Of a DNA stretch of 64,000 nucleotides, positions 10,727 to 24,059 are shown piece after piece. Position 1 is the first letter of the stretch. Each line of letters starts with the position of its first letter. The stretch lies in contig CM126222.1 in the NCBI GenBank assembly GCA_052327205.1, forward strand, positions 54,312,001 through 54,376,000, written 5' to 3'. The translations under genes and the position numbers were made by a program. The notes below the pieces were generated by a model. It was given only the letters and a program-made list of their open reading frames with translations, searched no databases and was not told the origin of the DNA. Origin of the DNA: Somniosus microcephalus (taxonomy: Eukaryota).

Positions 10727-11632
10727 TGATGGAATACTTGCCACTTGCTTGGATGGATGCAGATGCACTAACACCATTCAGGACAGAGCAATTTGCTTCA
10801 TTGACACCCCTACTATTGGACTCAATATCCACTCTCTTCATCCTCAGCACACTGTGACTGAGGTATATACAATCTACATGTCATACTGCAGCAAGCTTAC
10901 TTCATCAGGAACTCATAAAATCAAAGAAAGTTACAGCACGGAAGGAGGCCATTTCGGCCCATCGTGTCCACACCGGCCAACAAAGAACAATCCAGCCTAA
11001 TCCCACTTCCCAGCTCTTGGTCCATAGCCCTGCAGGTTACAGCATCCCAAGTGCAATTCCAAGTACTTTTAAAATGTGGTTAGGGTTCCTGCCTCTACCA
11101 CCCTTTCAGGCAGTGAGTTCCAGACACCCACAACCCTCTGGGTGAAGAAATTTCCCCTCAAATCCCCTCTAAAGCTTCCATCAATTACTTTTAATCTGTG
11201 CCCCCTGGTTTTTGACCCCTCTGCTAAGGGAAATAGGTCCTTTCTATCCACTTTATCTAGGCCCCTCATAATTGTATACACCTCAATAAGGTCTTCCCTC
11301 AGCCTCCTCTGTTCCAAGGAAAGCAAACCCAGCCTATCCAGTCTTTCCTGCAATCTTTACCACTTTGAAGGACTAGCAGCAATGTTGTGCAAACTCCATT
11401 ATCTCCAAGCTCCCTTCCAAGTCAGTCATCATCCTGACTTGGACAGTTTTTCATCATCTCTGTGTCAAAATCCTGAAACTTCCAACTGCTGTTGGGTTGT
11501 GGCAGTGTCATCACCACAGGACTATAGCAGCTTAAGGAGAAGGCCCACCTCCACCTTCCCAGGGCAACTATGGATGGACAATAAATGCGGCCTTGCCAGC
11601 CCTTCCTGCAGCCCAAGAAAAAATAAACAATA
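10727..11632 (+). mobile_element. 3' part of the old LINE, split by a CR1 fragment at 10914-11352
   Basis: Continues YKAQVRSV|MEYLPLAWM across the CR1 insertion. Ends agggcaactatggatggacaataaatgcggccttgccagc plus A-rich tail. Confidence 0.7.
10914..11352 (-). mobile_element. 5'-truncated CR1 3' fragment
   Basis: ORF 11069-11353 RLDRLGLLSLEQRRLREDLIEVY...FFTQRVVGVWNSLP is homologous to the ORF2 C-terminus. Confidence 0.92.
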
Positions 11633-11699
11633 AACAAAATGGAAATGGGGACAGCATGAATAAACTCAAAGTCAACCTAACTCAAATACAGTGATGTTG

Positions 11700-12320
11700 G
11701 ATCACACCATATCTTCATTTCTATTACAGTGGTTGAATCATTACATGTTGATCTCCTCCATGTCCCACGATGGGCTATGAAAATCTTGCTCCTTTCAGTT
11801 CTTCAAAGAAGCGATTTCTTCATATCTCATAATTCCAACTAACAACTGCCACCTCTTACCTTTGACAGTTTTAGCCTTAGTCCTTCTTTATCTGTTGACA
11901 CTACTCGTCTCACCGTCTCATCTGACCATAAATGGAACTCACGCATTTCTGTTGCTAGATCAGCCTCCAAAATGCTTCATTTTCTCTTTCATGCCAAACA
12001 CGTATTTTCCCTTCAACAGTTCAGCTCTCTGTAAAGCCCAAATCCATCCACAACTCAAATACTGTTGCTATATCTGGGGAGGTTCTTCAAGCACTTACAC
12101 TTCAGGACAGGATAAAATTAAAAGATTGACATCCTATAAACAATCCCCTGTTCCCTTCTAGTTTCAAACATTTCTCTCTCCTTGCAACCTTTGTTGTCTT
12201 TGTTTTGTTGACAGTACTATGATCAGTGCTCCTCTGAACATTCCTCTCTTGCTTCTCCTAAACTCCAAATATGCTGTTCCACACATTCTTCCTTGTTTCT
12301 TCATCCTCACTGTGTTGAAA
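11700..12320 (+). mobile_element. Highly decayed LINE RT C-terminal fragment
   Basis: ALCKAQIHPQLKYCCYIWGG resembles the LYKxxxRPxLEYCxxxW motif. Confidence 0.5.
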
Positions 12321-13224
12321 TCAAGAGTCATCACAAAGTCTTGTAACTTCCCAGGAACTCAAACCATAGACCTTGATGTAAGAAAACTACTAGGCACTTG
12401 GTCTAAGCGTTAAACAAAGCTTTAATCAACTGTTTTACAACATGGAAGTCCAGTTGTGTCCTTCACTAGTTCCTGTTAAAGAATGTTCCGAGCAAGCTGG
12501 GCCCATGCCCGAGTATTTATACTCTCCCTGGACAGTGCCACCAGCAGGCCGCCCAGTGTTATTTCATAAGTCATTTCCACATGAATGACAAGATTCATGT
12601 CAGACCTCATGAAGCTCCCTCAGACTTTCCTTTTTCCTACAATACTCAGGCTTTTAAAATCCAAGCAATCAAATCTCTGAAGAGCATTATAAACATATAT
12701 TTTCTCCAAAGACGATAAAGAAATTGTTAAAACCATTATTAAAGGACATTTTCTTCAAGGAGTTTATTCCTTTCCCAAATAATGCATTGGTAGCTCCAGT
12801 AATGTCCCTTCCAGTTTAAAAGCACGGATAGGGGAGTAACTATAATTATGCTGCCAGTTTGTGCAGTCTAAATTGTTAATTTAGCAATTGTCTTTGTTTA
12901 GTAGAATCAAAGATGGCAGATGAAATGTGACTTTGACACAATTTTTACGATAAAGATGTAACATGAAGATCCTACTTTGGAAATTTTCCAAAAGTGTACA
13001 TCCACAACATTTTAATAATTAAGACTGCGGTTTGTAAACAGAATTTCTGAATTGCAAAGAAAATAATTTCTTGATTATGCAAACAGTGCCTTTAACGTAT
13101 CTTGGAAGCAAGGAAAGCACCTCTGTTCTCCATTGATTCCTACTAAGAAGGCATTGTATGAGGTCCCCCAATGGTCTAGTGGCTAAAGGTACTGCCTCTT
13201 GCGCCCAGGCCTGGGCTAATGTGC

Positions 13225-13644
13225 TGGCTTGGCTCAGTTGGAAGCGCACTCATCTCTGTCAGAAAGTCATGGTTTCAAGCCCCACTCCAAGATCTTGAGT
13301 ACATAATCTAAACTGACACTTCAGTGCAGTATGGAGGGAGTGTTGCATTGTCAGATTGCCATCTTTCAGATGAAATGTTAAACAGAGGTCCTGTCTGGCT
13401 CTTCAGATATAAAAGTTCCCATAGCACTATTTGAAGAAGAGCAGGGGAGTTCTCCACATGTCCTGAAAAAACATTCCTCCCTCAATCAACACCACTGAAA
13501 CAGATTAACTGGTCAGTTTGTGGGACCTTGCTGTGTGCAAATTGGCTACTGCATTTCTCTACATTTCAAATTAATTCATTAGCTGCAAAGTGTTTTGGGA
13601 TGTCCTGTAGATATTAAAGGCAGAAAGGCAAGTTCTTTCTTCTT
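13225..13644 (+). mobile_element. SacSINE1-like tRNA-derived Deu-SINE (older copy)
   Basis: A box tggctcagttgg, B-box-like ggtttcaagccc, core cactatttgaagaagagcaggggagttctcc; collinear with 36785-37248. Confidence 0.8.
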
Positions 13645-14569
13645 ATTGAATAGCCTGCCACTAAAAGGTATTCAAAAGTAGCCAATGGTGACTGGACCAT
13701 TTATCCCTCTCTCCCTTCATGTAATATCTGGCCTCTGCTTTGTCACAACAGACACTGGACGCTTATCATTGGAAAACTCATCATGTGGGAAATCCCATTT
13801 ATGAATTTGAAACTTACCATCTGTGATGCAGCATGTGCTGAATCACCAAGTCACCCAACAGGATCCTTCTTCTTAATTACTCTAGTGTACTGACAAAAGA
13901 GTGCCTCTTATTTAGTTTTTAAACATGTTTAGAAAATTCACCTACTGGGCAAAACTGTCACGTGGTATTTCACACAATCTTTCTTGTGGTGTGCCAATAG
14001 AACGACTGAAATAAGCATTTTGAACAACAAAGCATGATCTGAGGTGAAATTTACCTATCTGGGTAATCTGCTGTCAGACAAAAATGACATACACAAAAAT
14101 TCGCTATTACATTTAATTTGCGCCTAGAGTGGAATGCCTTCTGGAAACACTTTTCCAGTACCATGTTGTTCAAATCTTAACCAAAATGCCTGTACTGTCA
14201 TCTCACATCGCAACTGCCAATATATTGCTTTCATTGCTTTGACGCGGTCTCAGTTTGAGATATAGTGCATAAGATATATCTTGGCAATGTTGTGGAAAGA
14301 CCACATACGAAATAAAGACCTGTTGTGTAAACATAGTACGTTGCCAGTGACAGTGCTGTTTACAATCATTTGGGCACATATGGCTGCTGCCCCTAAATAG
14401 TCTTCCTGCAACAGTCTCACAATATCAAGACATTGGTGCTGTTGGATGATCTACATACTGATACCCATCAATTTGGTTTCTAGACACTGGCAAGGATGAT
14501 CTGTGAGTAGTAGGATTGGTGTTCAATGACAAGAAGGCACTAACCTAAGTTAGAAGGCATCAGAGAACT

Positions 14570-15212
14570 TGCGGGAACCACAATGCGGTCTCCTCTACAT
14601 TGGGGAGACCAAACGCAGATTGGGTGACCGCTTTGCGGAACACCTCTGTTCAGTCCGTAAGGGTGACCCCAAGCTGCCGGTTGCCTGTCATTTTAATTCA
14701 CCGCTCCATTCCCACTCGGACCTCACCGTCCTCGGCCTCTTGCATTGTTCCACGGAAGCTCAACGTAAACTCGAGGAACAGCACCTCATCTTCCGATTAG
14801 GCACTTTGCAGCCTTCCGGACTCAATATCGAGTTCAACAATTTCAGATCATAACCTCGGCCCCTATTACATTTTTACTAATATTTTTTTTTCCACCCCTT
14901 GTTTTGGGTTTTCCCTTCTCCCCCCTTTCCTTTTTTTTTCTCTCTCCCACATGGCAGCTGTCTCTCATTCTGCCAGAACATTTCACACCTAATCTGAGCC
15001 GTCTTTTGTCTCCACTGTCCTATCACCATCTCGTCTGGTTTTGAATACCTCTTAATGTCTCTTCACTTCTTTTGTTCTATCGCAGCCCTGCCTTTGATCT
15101 ATTTCATTTCCTTTCCAGTTTTGAAAAAGGGTTCACCCGAAACGTCGACTCTAATTTCTCTCCACGGATGTTGCCTGGCCTGCTGAGTTTTTCCAGCATT
15201 TTCTGTTGTTAT
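14570..15212 (+). mobile_element. 5'-truncated Penelope-like retroelement (GIY-YIG C-terminus + terminal repeat) with 11-bp target-site duplication
   Basis: CGLLYIGETKRRLGDRFAEH...PVACHFN...RKLEEQHLIFRLGTLQPSGLN. TSD atcagagaact at 14559-14569 and 15213-15223. Confidence 0.92.
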
Positions 15213-16689
15213 ATCAGAGAACTGCTGTTGTGAAGGCTGCCTGTCCCACTTGGCCAAACTGGGAAGAGACTCACTGATACCATTACAGACTGTAAAAATA
15301 AAAAAATTTCATACAGATACATTGTGACCTTATACTCCATGGCTAAGTTAACTGTAACATTAACGTTACTCCAGAGTAAGAGCTAATGCAAAAATATGTA
15401 TTTGCGGTCTATTTTGTACTAATGATAGATCTCAGACTTTGTTTTCTTATTTATTGTTCAAAGTTCTGTCACAGGTTTAACCCAGCAGATACTTGTGAAC
15501 CAGTGATATGAAAAATTATTTCAGTTGCTAGTCACTCAAACTGTTAATGAAGAGACAGAAAAATACAATGGGACTTTAAGACAAAAAGAAATTAACTGAG
15601 AGCTTAAGGCTGCATATACATAATCAAAGAGCTTTAAAAGTTCTAGGGTCATTTGTTTTTCTTATTATGGCAATATGATAGTTTAATGACTCCTACAGAG
15701 AATTAAATAAGCGGAGTAGTTTCTCACATAATTGTGAGTGATACATAGCTAAAGTTGAAAAAATGAATTTATCCTGTCTTCTTTGTGAATTGCTAATGAA
15801 TTAGATTGGAATATCACATTCTGCAAACACAAATCAAACAACCAAATATAACAGATGATGGAGAGAAGATATTATTCCAGAAAGGGTGGGCAATTTCACC
15901 ATAAAAGAATAAATGTTCAAATTGATTTGTTTCCTTTTGAGAAAAAGTTATATGAGGAATCAATATGTTTGCAAATAAAAAAAAAAATTGTTTATGGTTG
16001 GCTATGAAAATTAGATGATGCATTTAAAGGATTACTTCAAGAAGAAGTTAATAAAGGCGTTATCCTAGATTATTCCTAGTACTGTAAAACATCTTCATTT
16101 TTTTTTCTATTTTATAAATACCATTGGGTCTCAACCAAATTGAAGTTGCCAGTTCCCAAATGGAGAAAGGCTGAGTGCTGAGGCCGAACAGTATCAGCAC
16201 CCCATCTCTCTCTATATTCAGTGGAGACACTGGCTAGCAGTTGCATACATTAAACAGTCCATTTGCAGCATAATTTCCCCAAGATTGGGATTCTCACTAT
16301 GTTCAGAAAAATTGTCCTCAACATTATGGCAGTTGAAAATTGATAAAATGCACTGGGGGTGTATTCTGATACAGCCACCAATGTCGTGTCGCTGTGCTCC
16401 AAACCTCCGGGGACCTTGAACATTGATGGTAGCAGTTCCAATGACCAACTGATGGAGGCGATGGAGAAAGTAAACTATTGCCAAGCAATATTAATATGAA
16501 TAATCAATAACCCAACAAAAAATGAAGACCTGGTTTCAAACGAAATATATACACTCTGTGATAAACCTATTAGATAAAGCTGTGTGGAACATTTCTGTGA
16601 AGTGTTTCTTTTACCTTAAATAAGGGCATGGTTTAAATATTCAGGCTAGCCTGAATCTCCTTGGCCTGTTCTGAAATTTCAGTGGTCGA

Positions 16690-16842
16690 TGACATCACCT
16701 GGATGACGCCATACATCAACAGCAGAGTGACGTCATTCCAGGGGGGCTCCCAGAGCGACGTCACTCTTTTCCCAGGGCTGTGACCTCGGCAGAAAGTTCA
16801 GGACAATAAAATCCTGCCTGGGAGTTCTCGTACTGGGCGGGG
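16690..16842. promoter_or_regulatory. CRE/ATF site cluster with GC box
   Basis: TGACATCA 16690, TGACGCCA 16704, TGACGTCA 16728, CGACGTCA 16756, GGGCGGGG 16835. Confidence 0.5.
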
Positions 16843-19800
16843 AATCAGAGGAAGAATGAACGAAATAGCGCGCAGGGCTCTGTCCTAAATAGATCAATGC
16901 GGGACCGGTTGTTACAGCGGAACATAATCGGGACATTAAATCAAAAAAAGCAAACAGATGAGCTTTAGAAAGTAAACCACAATCAGAATAATCCTTGGCG
17001 TGTGTCAATTTCTTTTTAATCTGTAGTTTCTTTGTAAAAAGGCCCTCGTGTTGGGGGAGGGTCACTAGTTCCTGGTTCAGTGGCGAGTGGTGCTTTTATC
17101 GCAGTTGTGAATATTGGGAACCCAACAATGGCCGAGTTTAGGAAGTTGGGAGAATTGCAGCTTCTCTTCGGATCAGAGAATTAGGAATTTTTTTTTTTTT
17201 ACATTCTCCGCCCCCACTCCCCCAAAAAATACCAACAACAACATTGTGGCGGAGGCGCCGGTGTTTGAAACAAAGGGAGCGGGGGCTGCCGAACCAAAGC
17301 GGGGATACTAGAACTGGGGAAAAGCGGAGCAGGATCTGGAAAAGAGATTAGATTTCGCTTCTCTCTCATCAATTTTATGGTTAATGTCAAGCGGCTCCAT
17401 TGTGGGAGAAGAGGCACGTCAGCTAAGCCATAAATTGGTGAGCAGAGTGGCAGCGCAGAGAGCATCTGTTTGACCGAGTTCATTCCCTCTCACACTGTAC
17501 GGAGGCAGGTAGAGTCCTGTCTGAACATCATCTATCAGCAAAACAGAGTCAACCCGGGACAAAATACAAACCTACCAGATATTTACAGCGGGAGTTTCTC
17601 TAGGAAACATTCTCGATCTGCCGCCTGCGCCGTCTCGGTATGTTCTTTTGGGGGTTTTTTTTGAGGTGGGGGGAGGCAGTGCTTTTTTTCCCCGTCGGCT
17701 GTTTATAAATAAACACGACAATGTATGGGAGGGAGAAAATAATCAGCAGTGAAACGGCCCACCATGTTATAAAACATCTGAACACCGTTTAAAGGATCAG
17801 ATGCTCTAAAATCATTGACCACACGGTCTCCTAATAACATGCAATATAAGCTTATCATTACAGTACTTGCAATGGGCTCGCCTTTTACTCTGCAAAGGAA
17901 TGTGGGGTTACCCATTCCTTTTATCTTCAAAAATAACTCCCCCCCCCCCCCCAATTCAAAGTGTCCAACCTATAGTGCAACATGCACACGCATTTGAAAC
18001 CCTAATGAAAGGGACAAGGATATGGGTTTAGATTTCCTGGAAATCTAGAAAAAGAAATGTGCAATTTGGATTTTGAATCAATTATATATTTCCTACATAA
18101 TGGGTTTATTTTTGTTTCCGTTCGAAATGTTAGGGAGTATAGTGTGGGTGAGAGCGGCGGAGCCCCGGATTCTTGCTTTGGATTGTGATAAGTGCCCTTA
18201 TTACTTAATTTAAACTTCAGATTCCGAGATCAATTTTTTTTGTACTTTAAAAAGACGTGCCAAATGTTAATTGGTGGAAATCTGAACTAAATGCGCGAGT
18301 TTTCATTTATTGATGGTTTTGCTGTGCTAATTTGAAAGGATTATTTCGCCTGTGATATATATTTTTTAATTATTGTTCCTTGCGTTTCCATTACTGTCGG
18401 GACGTGTTGATGCATCGGGAATCAAGGCAAATGAACCCGTAATAAATAGCTACCGAACAAAACGCCTGGTGATATATATATTTTTAAAAAATCTTATGCC
18501 GGCGAAAATGTAGTTAATGAAATTCCCACAATTAGGTCACATTTATGACAAAGTCCAGCAGTGTGTGCGTGTGTTTTTTTTTGCTCAGGTTCTATCCGTA
18601 GTTCTCACCCGGTACTGTGCATTTCTCCAATGTCATTCATTGCCTGTTTGGGTATATCCTATTATTTTTTTTTAAAAAGTGTAAAAAAGCTGACAGGGCT
18701 TCAGTTGCAGGATTACAAATACATTGCCAATTAGATCTTGTTTTGCAGGCTTAAAGCAAATAGATTAAACTCTTTGGGGCTGCAGTACATTTAGAACCTC
18801 AAAAGTCTTTTGTTTTTTAATCAAATTATAGCAGAAATTCGAGTATTTTCTTTGGCGATGAACAGATAGTAGGTCGGTTGGCATGGGGGAAGTGAAACCA
18901 TGCAGAACGCTATAATCCCTTCTCTATCTGCCGAGTCCCTGTTTTTTTAAATAAAAAAAGGTTCACATTGGTGAATAAAACGCAACCTTGATTGTAGGCA
19001 CATTACGGAGAAAGGGGGTCGGGTTGTAAAAGCAGAACATCTTTACTCTTTTCTTTTATTTATTTTATTGCTTATTGTGTCTTAAACAACAAAAGAGGAA
19101 GAAAAAGCGCTTGAAAGGGGAACCCCGCGGTTGGGGAACTGTTTGTGATGGGGGTTGGGTGTAATCAGCTATCATCTTATTGTATTCTACTGACTGAAGG
19201 CTTAGGTTGCTAATTATCTCCTTAAAATGCAGGGGGAAAAACACACTAAAACAAAACAAGAAAGCTTGCTAGGCAATGGAGGTTGATTTTATTTTAGCGC
19301 CTTTGTGGGAACTAATAAAAAGCGGCATTGCCATCTGTAGGAAATCGGATTCGGACTACCCATGGCTCCTAATCTATGGAAGCAGTTTAGCATTAAGTAA
19401 ACCTGTATAAATAAAATATGTGTGATAGATTTCATCTTAGTGCCATTACAGTTTGGAAAAATAATGATCATTGCAACACGTGCAGGGGTTCCCCAGCATA
19501 CTGTTGTTACAGGTTATATCAAATCCGCGTTTAACATTGGTATCGAGGTATTTGTGTGTTTAACAGAGTCAAGTCTGTACGTGTGTCTGTGTGTGTATTT
19601 TAAGTTTTTATTCCAGTTCTGCCGTGTCGATATGATGTGGGCGAGTTCTCCTGCGAGTTGCCGGCTCGGCGCACACTCAGAGCGGGGGGGGGGGGGGGGG
19701 GAAGAGTCTGCAGCGACTCTGGGATCAGCCTGGAACGCCACAAACAAGCGCTGTCAGCTTACAGGGCCGCTCCGTGAGATCAAACATCACGAGGATCTAC

Positions 19801-22800
19801 TTATATTGTAAATCAGAGTGTTATTCGATTGTAAACAGGGGCTGCATTTGTGCCATTTTTACATTCGCTGCTTTGCAATTCATTTCATGTCCGCGATCCA
19901 CTCTGCAAAAAGCATTCTTGTCTCTTTAAAATAGATGGCAAAAAAAAAATTAAATCCGGCCCATCAGCACTATCCCCAGAAATGGTGAAATATAGCACAT
20001 GAACTAAGACAGTGAGGTTGCAAAGATGTTGCTCTTTGTTTCACGTTTCAATGTGTGCAAGCGTTTATCGGATAGAGACACACACACATATATATCAATA
20101 TATATATATAGAGAACAAATTGTGTATATCGTTGACATTTTTTCTCTTCACTTTAGGAGAAAAAGGTTAAATAGTAATACTTTGCAAAGGAATGAGTTTT
20201 CATTCGGGCAAATAGTTCCGTAGATGCACGGGTTCCTCTCTCCTCGCAGACCCCAAAGAACACACGTCCCCCCCCCCCCCCCCCCAATTTGGCTGTGTCA
20301 CATCATGTTGAATAAAAAAAACCTTAGCCCTTTTAGTACAGAAAACGAAGTGGGCATTGCCATTACAGCCTTGCCCCCAGCTTCTCCGGTTTGGTTGCTG
20401 CAATCTCTCTCTCGCTCTTAGGGTTCTCTGCCTGCTCTGTCGTTTTTTCCCCCTCTCTTGTCTTTTTTCTGTCTCTATCTCCTTCCTATTTCTCTCTCTC
20501 GCTCTCACTCTAATTTACTCTGTAAAATAAACGCCCTTTTACTTTGATAAATTGCAGATTTCTAGCCACAGCCTCCACATCTTCCGATTGATAAGATCTG
20601 AAACCGAAAGTACATCCACACAGCTCGGCGCCCGGCGAGTTCAGGTTCCCCGTCCGTTCCACAGATTTATACCCTGTCACGGAGTTTCAGTGTCTGATGG
20701 GTGGTATATTCCTAAAATAAACTGAAACCCCATCAAGTGATTTTACAATTGCCTGGAAAGTATCGGTCCTGGAGAGCTGGGGGTGGGGGAGTGGGCTGTA
20801 GTTTAAAATACGGTTTAAGTAGATTTTTTGCGAGTCGTGTGTTGATTTTTCAAGTCCTGGGATATGGTGGAATAACTTGGGGGGGCTTTTATATTCACAA
20901 ACACAGTCATTTCAGCTCCTTCCATCAAATCTCTTGAAATATGAGCCGCCTCTGAATGTTTCAGAGAAAGCCACCGAAAGGACCCGGCGCACAACCATGC
21001 GACCGGCTTCGGTTGCAATTCGAAGCGGGTGCAGTTTTTATACGAGGCGGGGGGAAAGCGGTCTCGATTCGCCGCTCCGTCTCAGCTGCCTCCGGCCTGG
21101 AAGTAAAAACGCGCAATAACCCAATACAATATTAAAATGACCATCTGCGTGCAGCGTATATCATTTATTTAGATCGGTAATTAAATTCATTACAATACAT
21201 AAATTCATCAGCAGATAGCGATGGCTAATAAGCACCTTACATACTGAGCATCGATTGTGTTTTCGTCATATTGTTGAATAGCAAATTGATAATTAACAAC
21301 TATGACAAGTCATACAATGCTTTTAGTTGAAGCAATAACGCGTTGGACAAGTTTGCGATATGAACGCTCAAGTTTATTTCACCCCCCACAATTTTAAAAG
21401 TAGCGATCAATAAAGGGACAGGGACTCTCGCTCGGTGTACAGAAAACAGAAAATACAGCCAGCAAAAAGGCCATCTAAATATTAAAAAGTGACACAGCGT
21501 CAGAAATAGGCCCTTCACTTGTAAAACAATATTTAAATTAATTACCCGTGGAAAGAAATATTCAAAGTATATATATATAATATATCTGAATTTTAAACCA
21601 CCGCGCAGACATTTGTTACACGTGGATTTCCCATAAATGCTCGGGTTTATTCAGAAAACGCCAAATCCATTAAAAAATCTGCAGAAGTAACAATATTCAC
21701 AAAACGTAGATGGCAACCACGTATTCGAATGTCCTAGCCGACCCTGTTGTTGGCTCGCTCTCCGCATGTACTGGATCATCAGAATTTGTAATGAGGAACT
21801 AAAAAAACCTGACCAAGCTAGCAACAATTGCATCTCGAAGTATAAGGGCGTCTTCTTATAAATGTATGACAAACTTGATTGCTAGCACTTGGGGACTTAA
21901 AACTATTTTACACTGCCGGATTTCAAACATAGATGAAGCGCTTGTTTTAAAGGGTTCGGGTTCTTTGAATATTAACTGGAGAAAGTGATATTTGTCATAT
22001 ATGCGCCTGAAAGTAAACATTCTCAATAATGAAACTTAGCAACAAAGGTGTGAGTTCTGACAGTGACTATCAGATGAGCAGCGTCTCATTTTCTAAGAGA
22101 ATAATAAAAATATATGGCTAAAGAATCCGGATTGGAAACCTTCGGTTTAAAATATATTTATATATATATTGGCCCAGAATTTGCTGGAGAGGGAATCTCA
22201 CCTCCTCGAGTTGGTTTGAAAGCTCACGACCGCCGAGTTCACGTTGTGCTGAGCTCCCATGACTTTGTGCTTATTTAAGCAGCAGGACGATCAGGCAGTG
22301 TGCGTGGTGGAACCTTTACCACATTCAAACTCCGAATTCAGTCAGCCACCCCTGGCCACAAAAAACAACCGGCAGAAATGCCCCTGGTTAGGGGAAGATA
22401 CTGGTAAAGAATTCACCGTCACACAATGTTCATCTGTGCTTGCGATTTCTCTTCTCTCACGTAATCCACACGTGTGCTGTGCTGTTAAAATGTGGAAACT
22501 TGCTATATGAAGAAAACTGGAGAGAAAGTGAACCATCGCAGCAGGAAGATTAACAGACCAAAACTGCGTTTACAATGGAATTGGTGCAGTGGTGCATGAT
22601 CATTGCACGTCTGATTTCTTTCCCTTTGGAAGTACTCATGTTGAAATAAATTTGCAGATATTGCTGGGTTCCTGTTAAAAAAAATAAAACCGCCACCGTT
22701 TTAGTGAACTGTCGCGTCCTTTACCGATTCATTTCTAAAATAAATAAGGCAGAGTTTAGTACAAAGTCCTTTCACAGACGCCGAAAGAAAGGTTTCGCAG

Positions 22801-24059
22801 CCCTTGGAGAGGAATTGCTGTCTTTATTTTCAGTCATTTTGGCAAGTTTCCTTCATGCGATTACATGTTAGTTACTTTATGATACCGTGTGAGAGCGCCA
22901 CAGTACAATAAAGGGCCCATTGTACAAATTTGTATTCTTTATTTTTTTTGATAAAAGCTGTTCGAGCTTAAAGAAGGAAATGTCTGACCTTATGAGGTAT
23001 TTCGGTTTTTATGTGTTTTCTTTGATTTGCCGTTACAGTCACTTAGAATTGTAATACTAAGTACGGACAGACATCTGGTTTACCTTTGGAACACTTTTTC
23101 TTAATTGATGTTTAAAAGTGGTCTTTATGGCTATCGGTAGGTTCCAACTTATTAAAGCGAAAACCAGATTTCCCTCGCTCCCAAAAAAAATGCACCACTT
23201 TCGAAACGTGATCTGTACAGATTAATGTCTCCGAAAATTCCACTTAAACACACGATTAAAGAAAGCAACAAAAAAATGAAAGGCCGGACTAAACGTCCGC
23301 TGACTGTAAACCGCTTTTCAGTCTTTTCGAGCCCCGTTTACTTTTATGTTTTTCTTCAATAAAATGCCTCGTAATGAAGCAGCCGCGCCAATAGCTTCTA
23401 CCATTTACGAGTGACCTCAACAGCTTATAATGCAACACAGATGCAGTACCCTATTAGAGAGATTTCTCACATTCGCTCAAAGCTGGGCGGATTAAAGTAA
23501 CAGTCTCCCTCTTTCCGAGGCTCTTTTACAACCTATGTTGCAGCCGTACAGCAAAATAACGGGCTGGTGCCTTTCCCATTTGAATTTCTGTCATTTTGTT
23601 TTGACCGGACGCTACTTTCTCTCTGAAATGCACTGCCATTTTATTGCAGTAAGCTGGTTTCTGACGGTCACGCTTCCGAATCAGATCCAAAGCCCAGGGA
23701 TCGCTGGTTGGTTGGTTCTGAATTCATGAAAGCGGCCTAAAATTGACAATTTATAGTAGGGGAAAACGAGATGTTGACACTGTCTATTTTAACACGTTTA
23801 ATGCGTATTTATCTTAGTAGATCAGATCTGTGTAGTCAAACGGGTGCTTATACAAACCCTTGTGAACTATATACTGAAAAGTTTCTAAAATATATATACA
23901 ATTAAATACAACATACAATATCTGCAAGCAGTTATTTCCATTCGCTCAGATGCAACTCAGCACTACTTATTATACCTATCGTTTTCGCCTGTGTTCTTTT
24001 TTTTTGTAAAATTGCGTTTTTAAGAAGCGTTCTGTTTCTCTTCCCCTTTTTTTTGTGTT

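Noticed and set aside
13225-13300. tRNA gene (also 36785-36850)
   Set aside because: The A/B boxes belong to SINE heads; no cloverleaf, and they run straight into SINE bodies.
16218-16500. Exon-like segment after a tattcag acceptor
   Set aside because: No frame gives a recognisable protein and there is no good donor.
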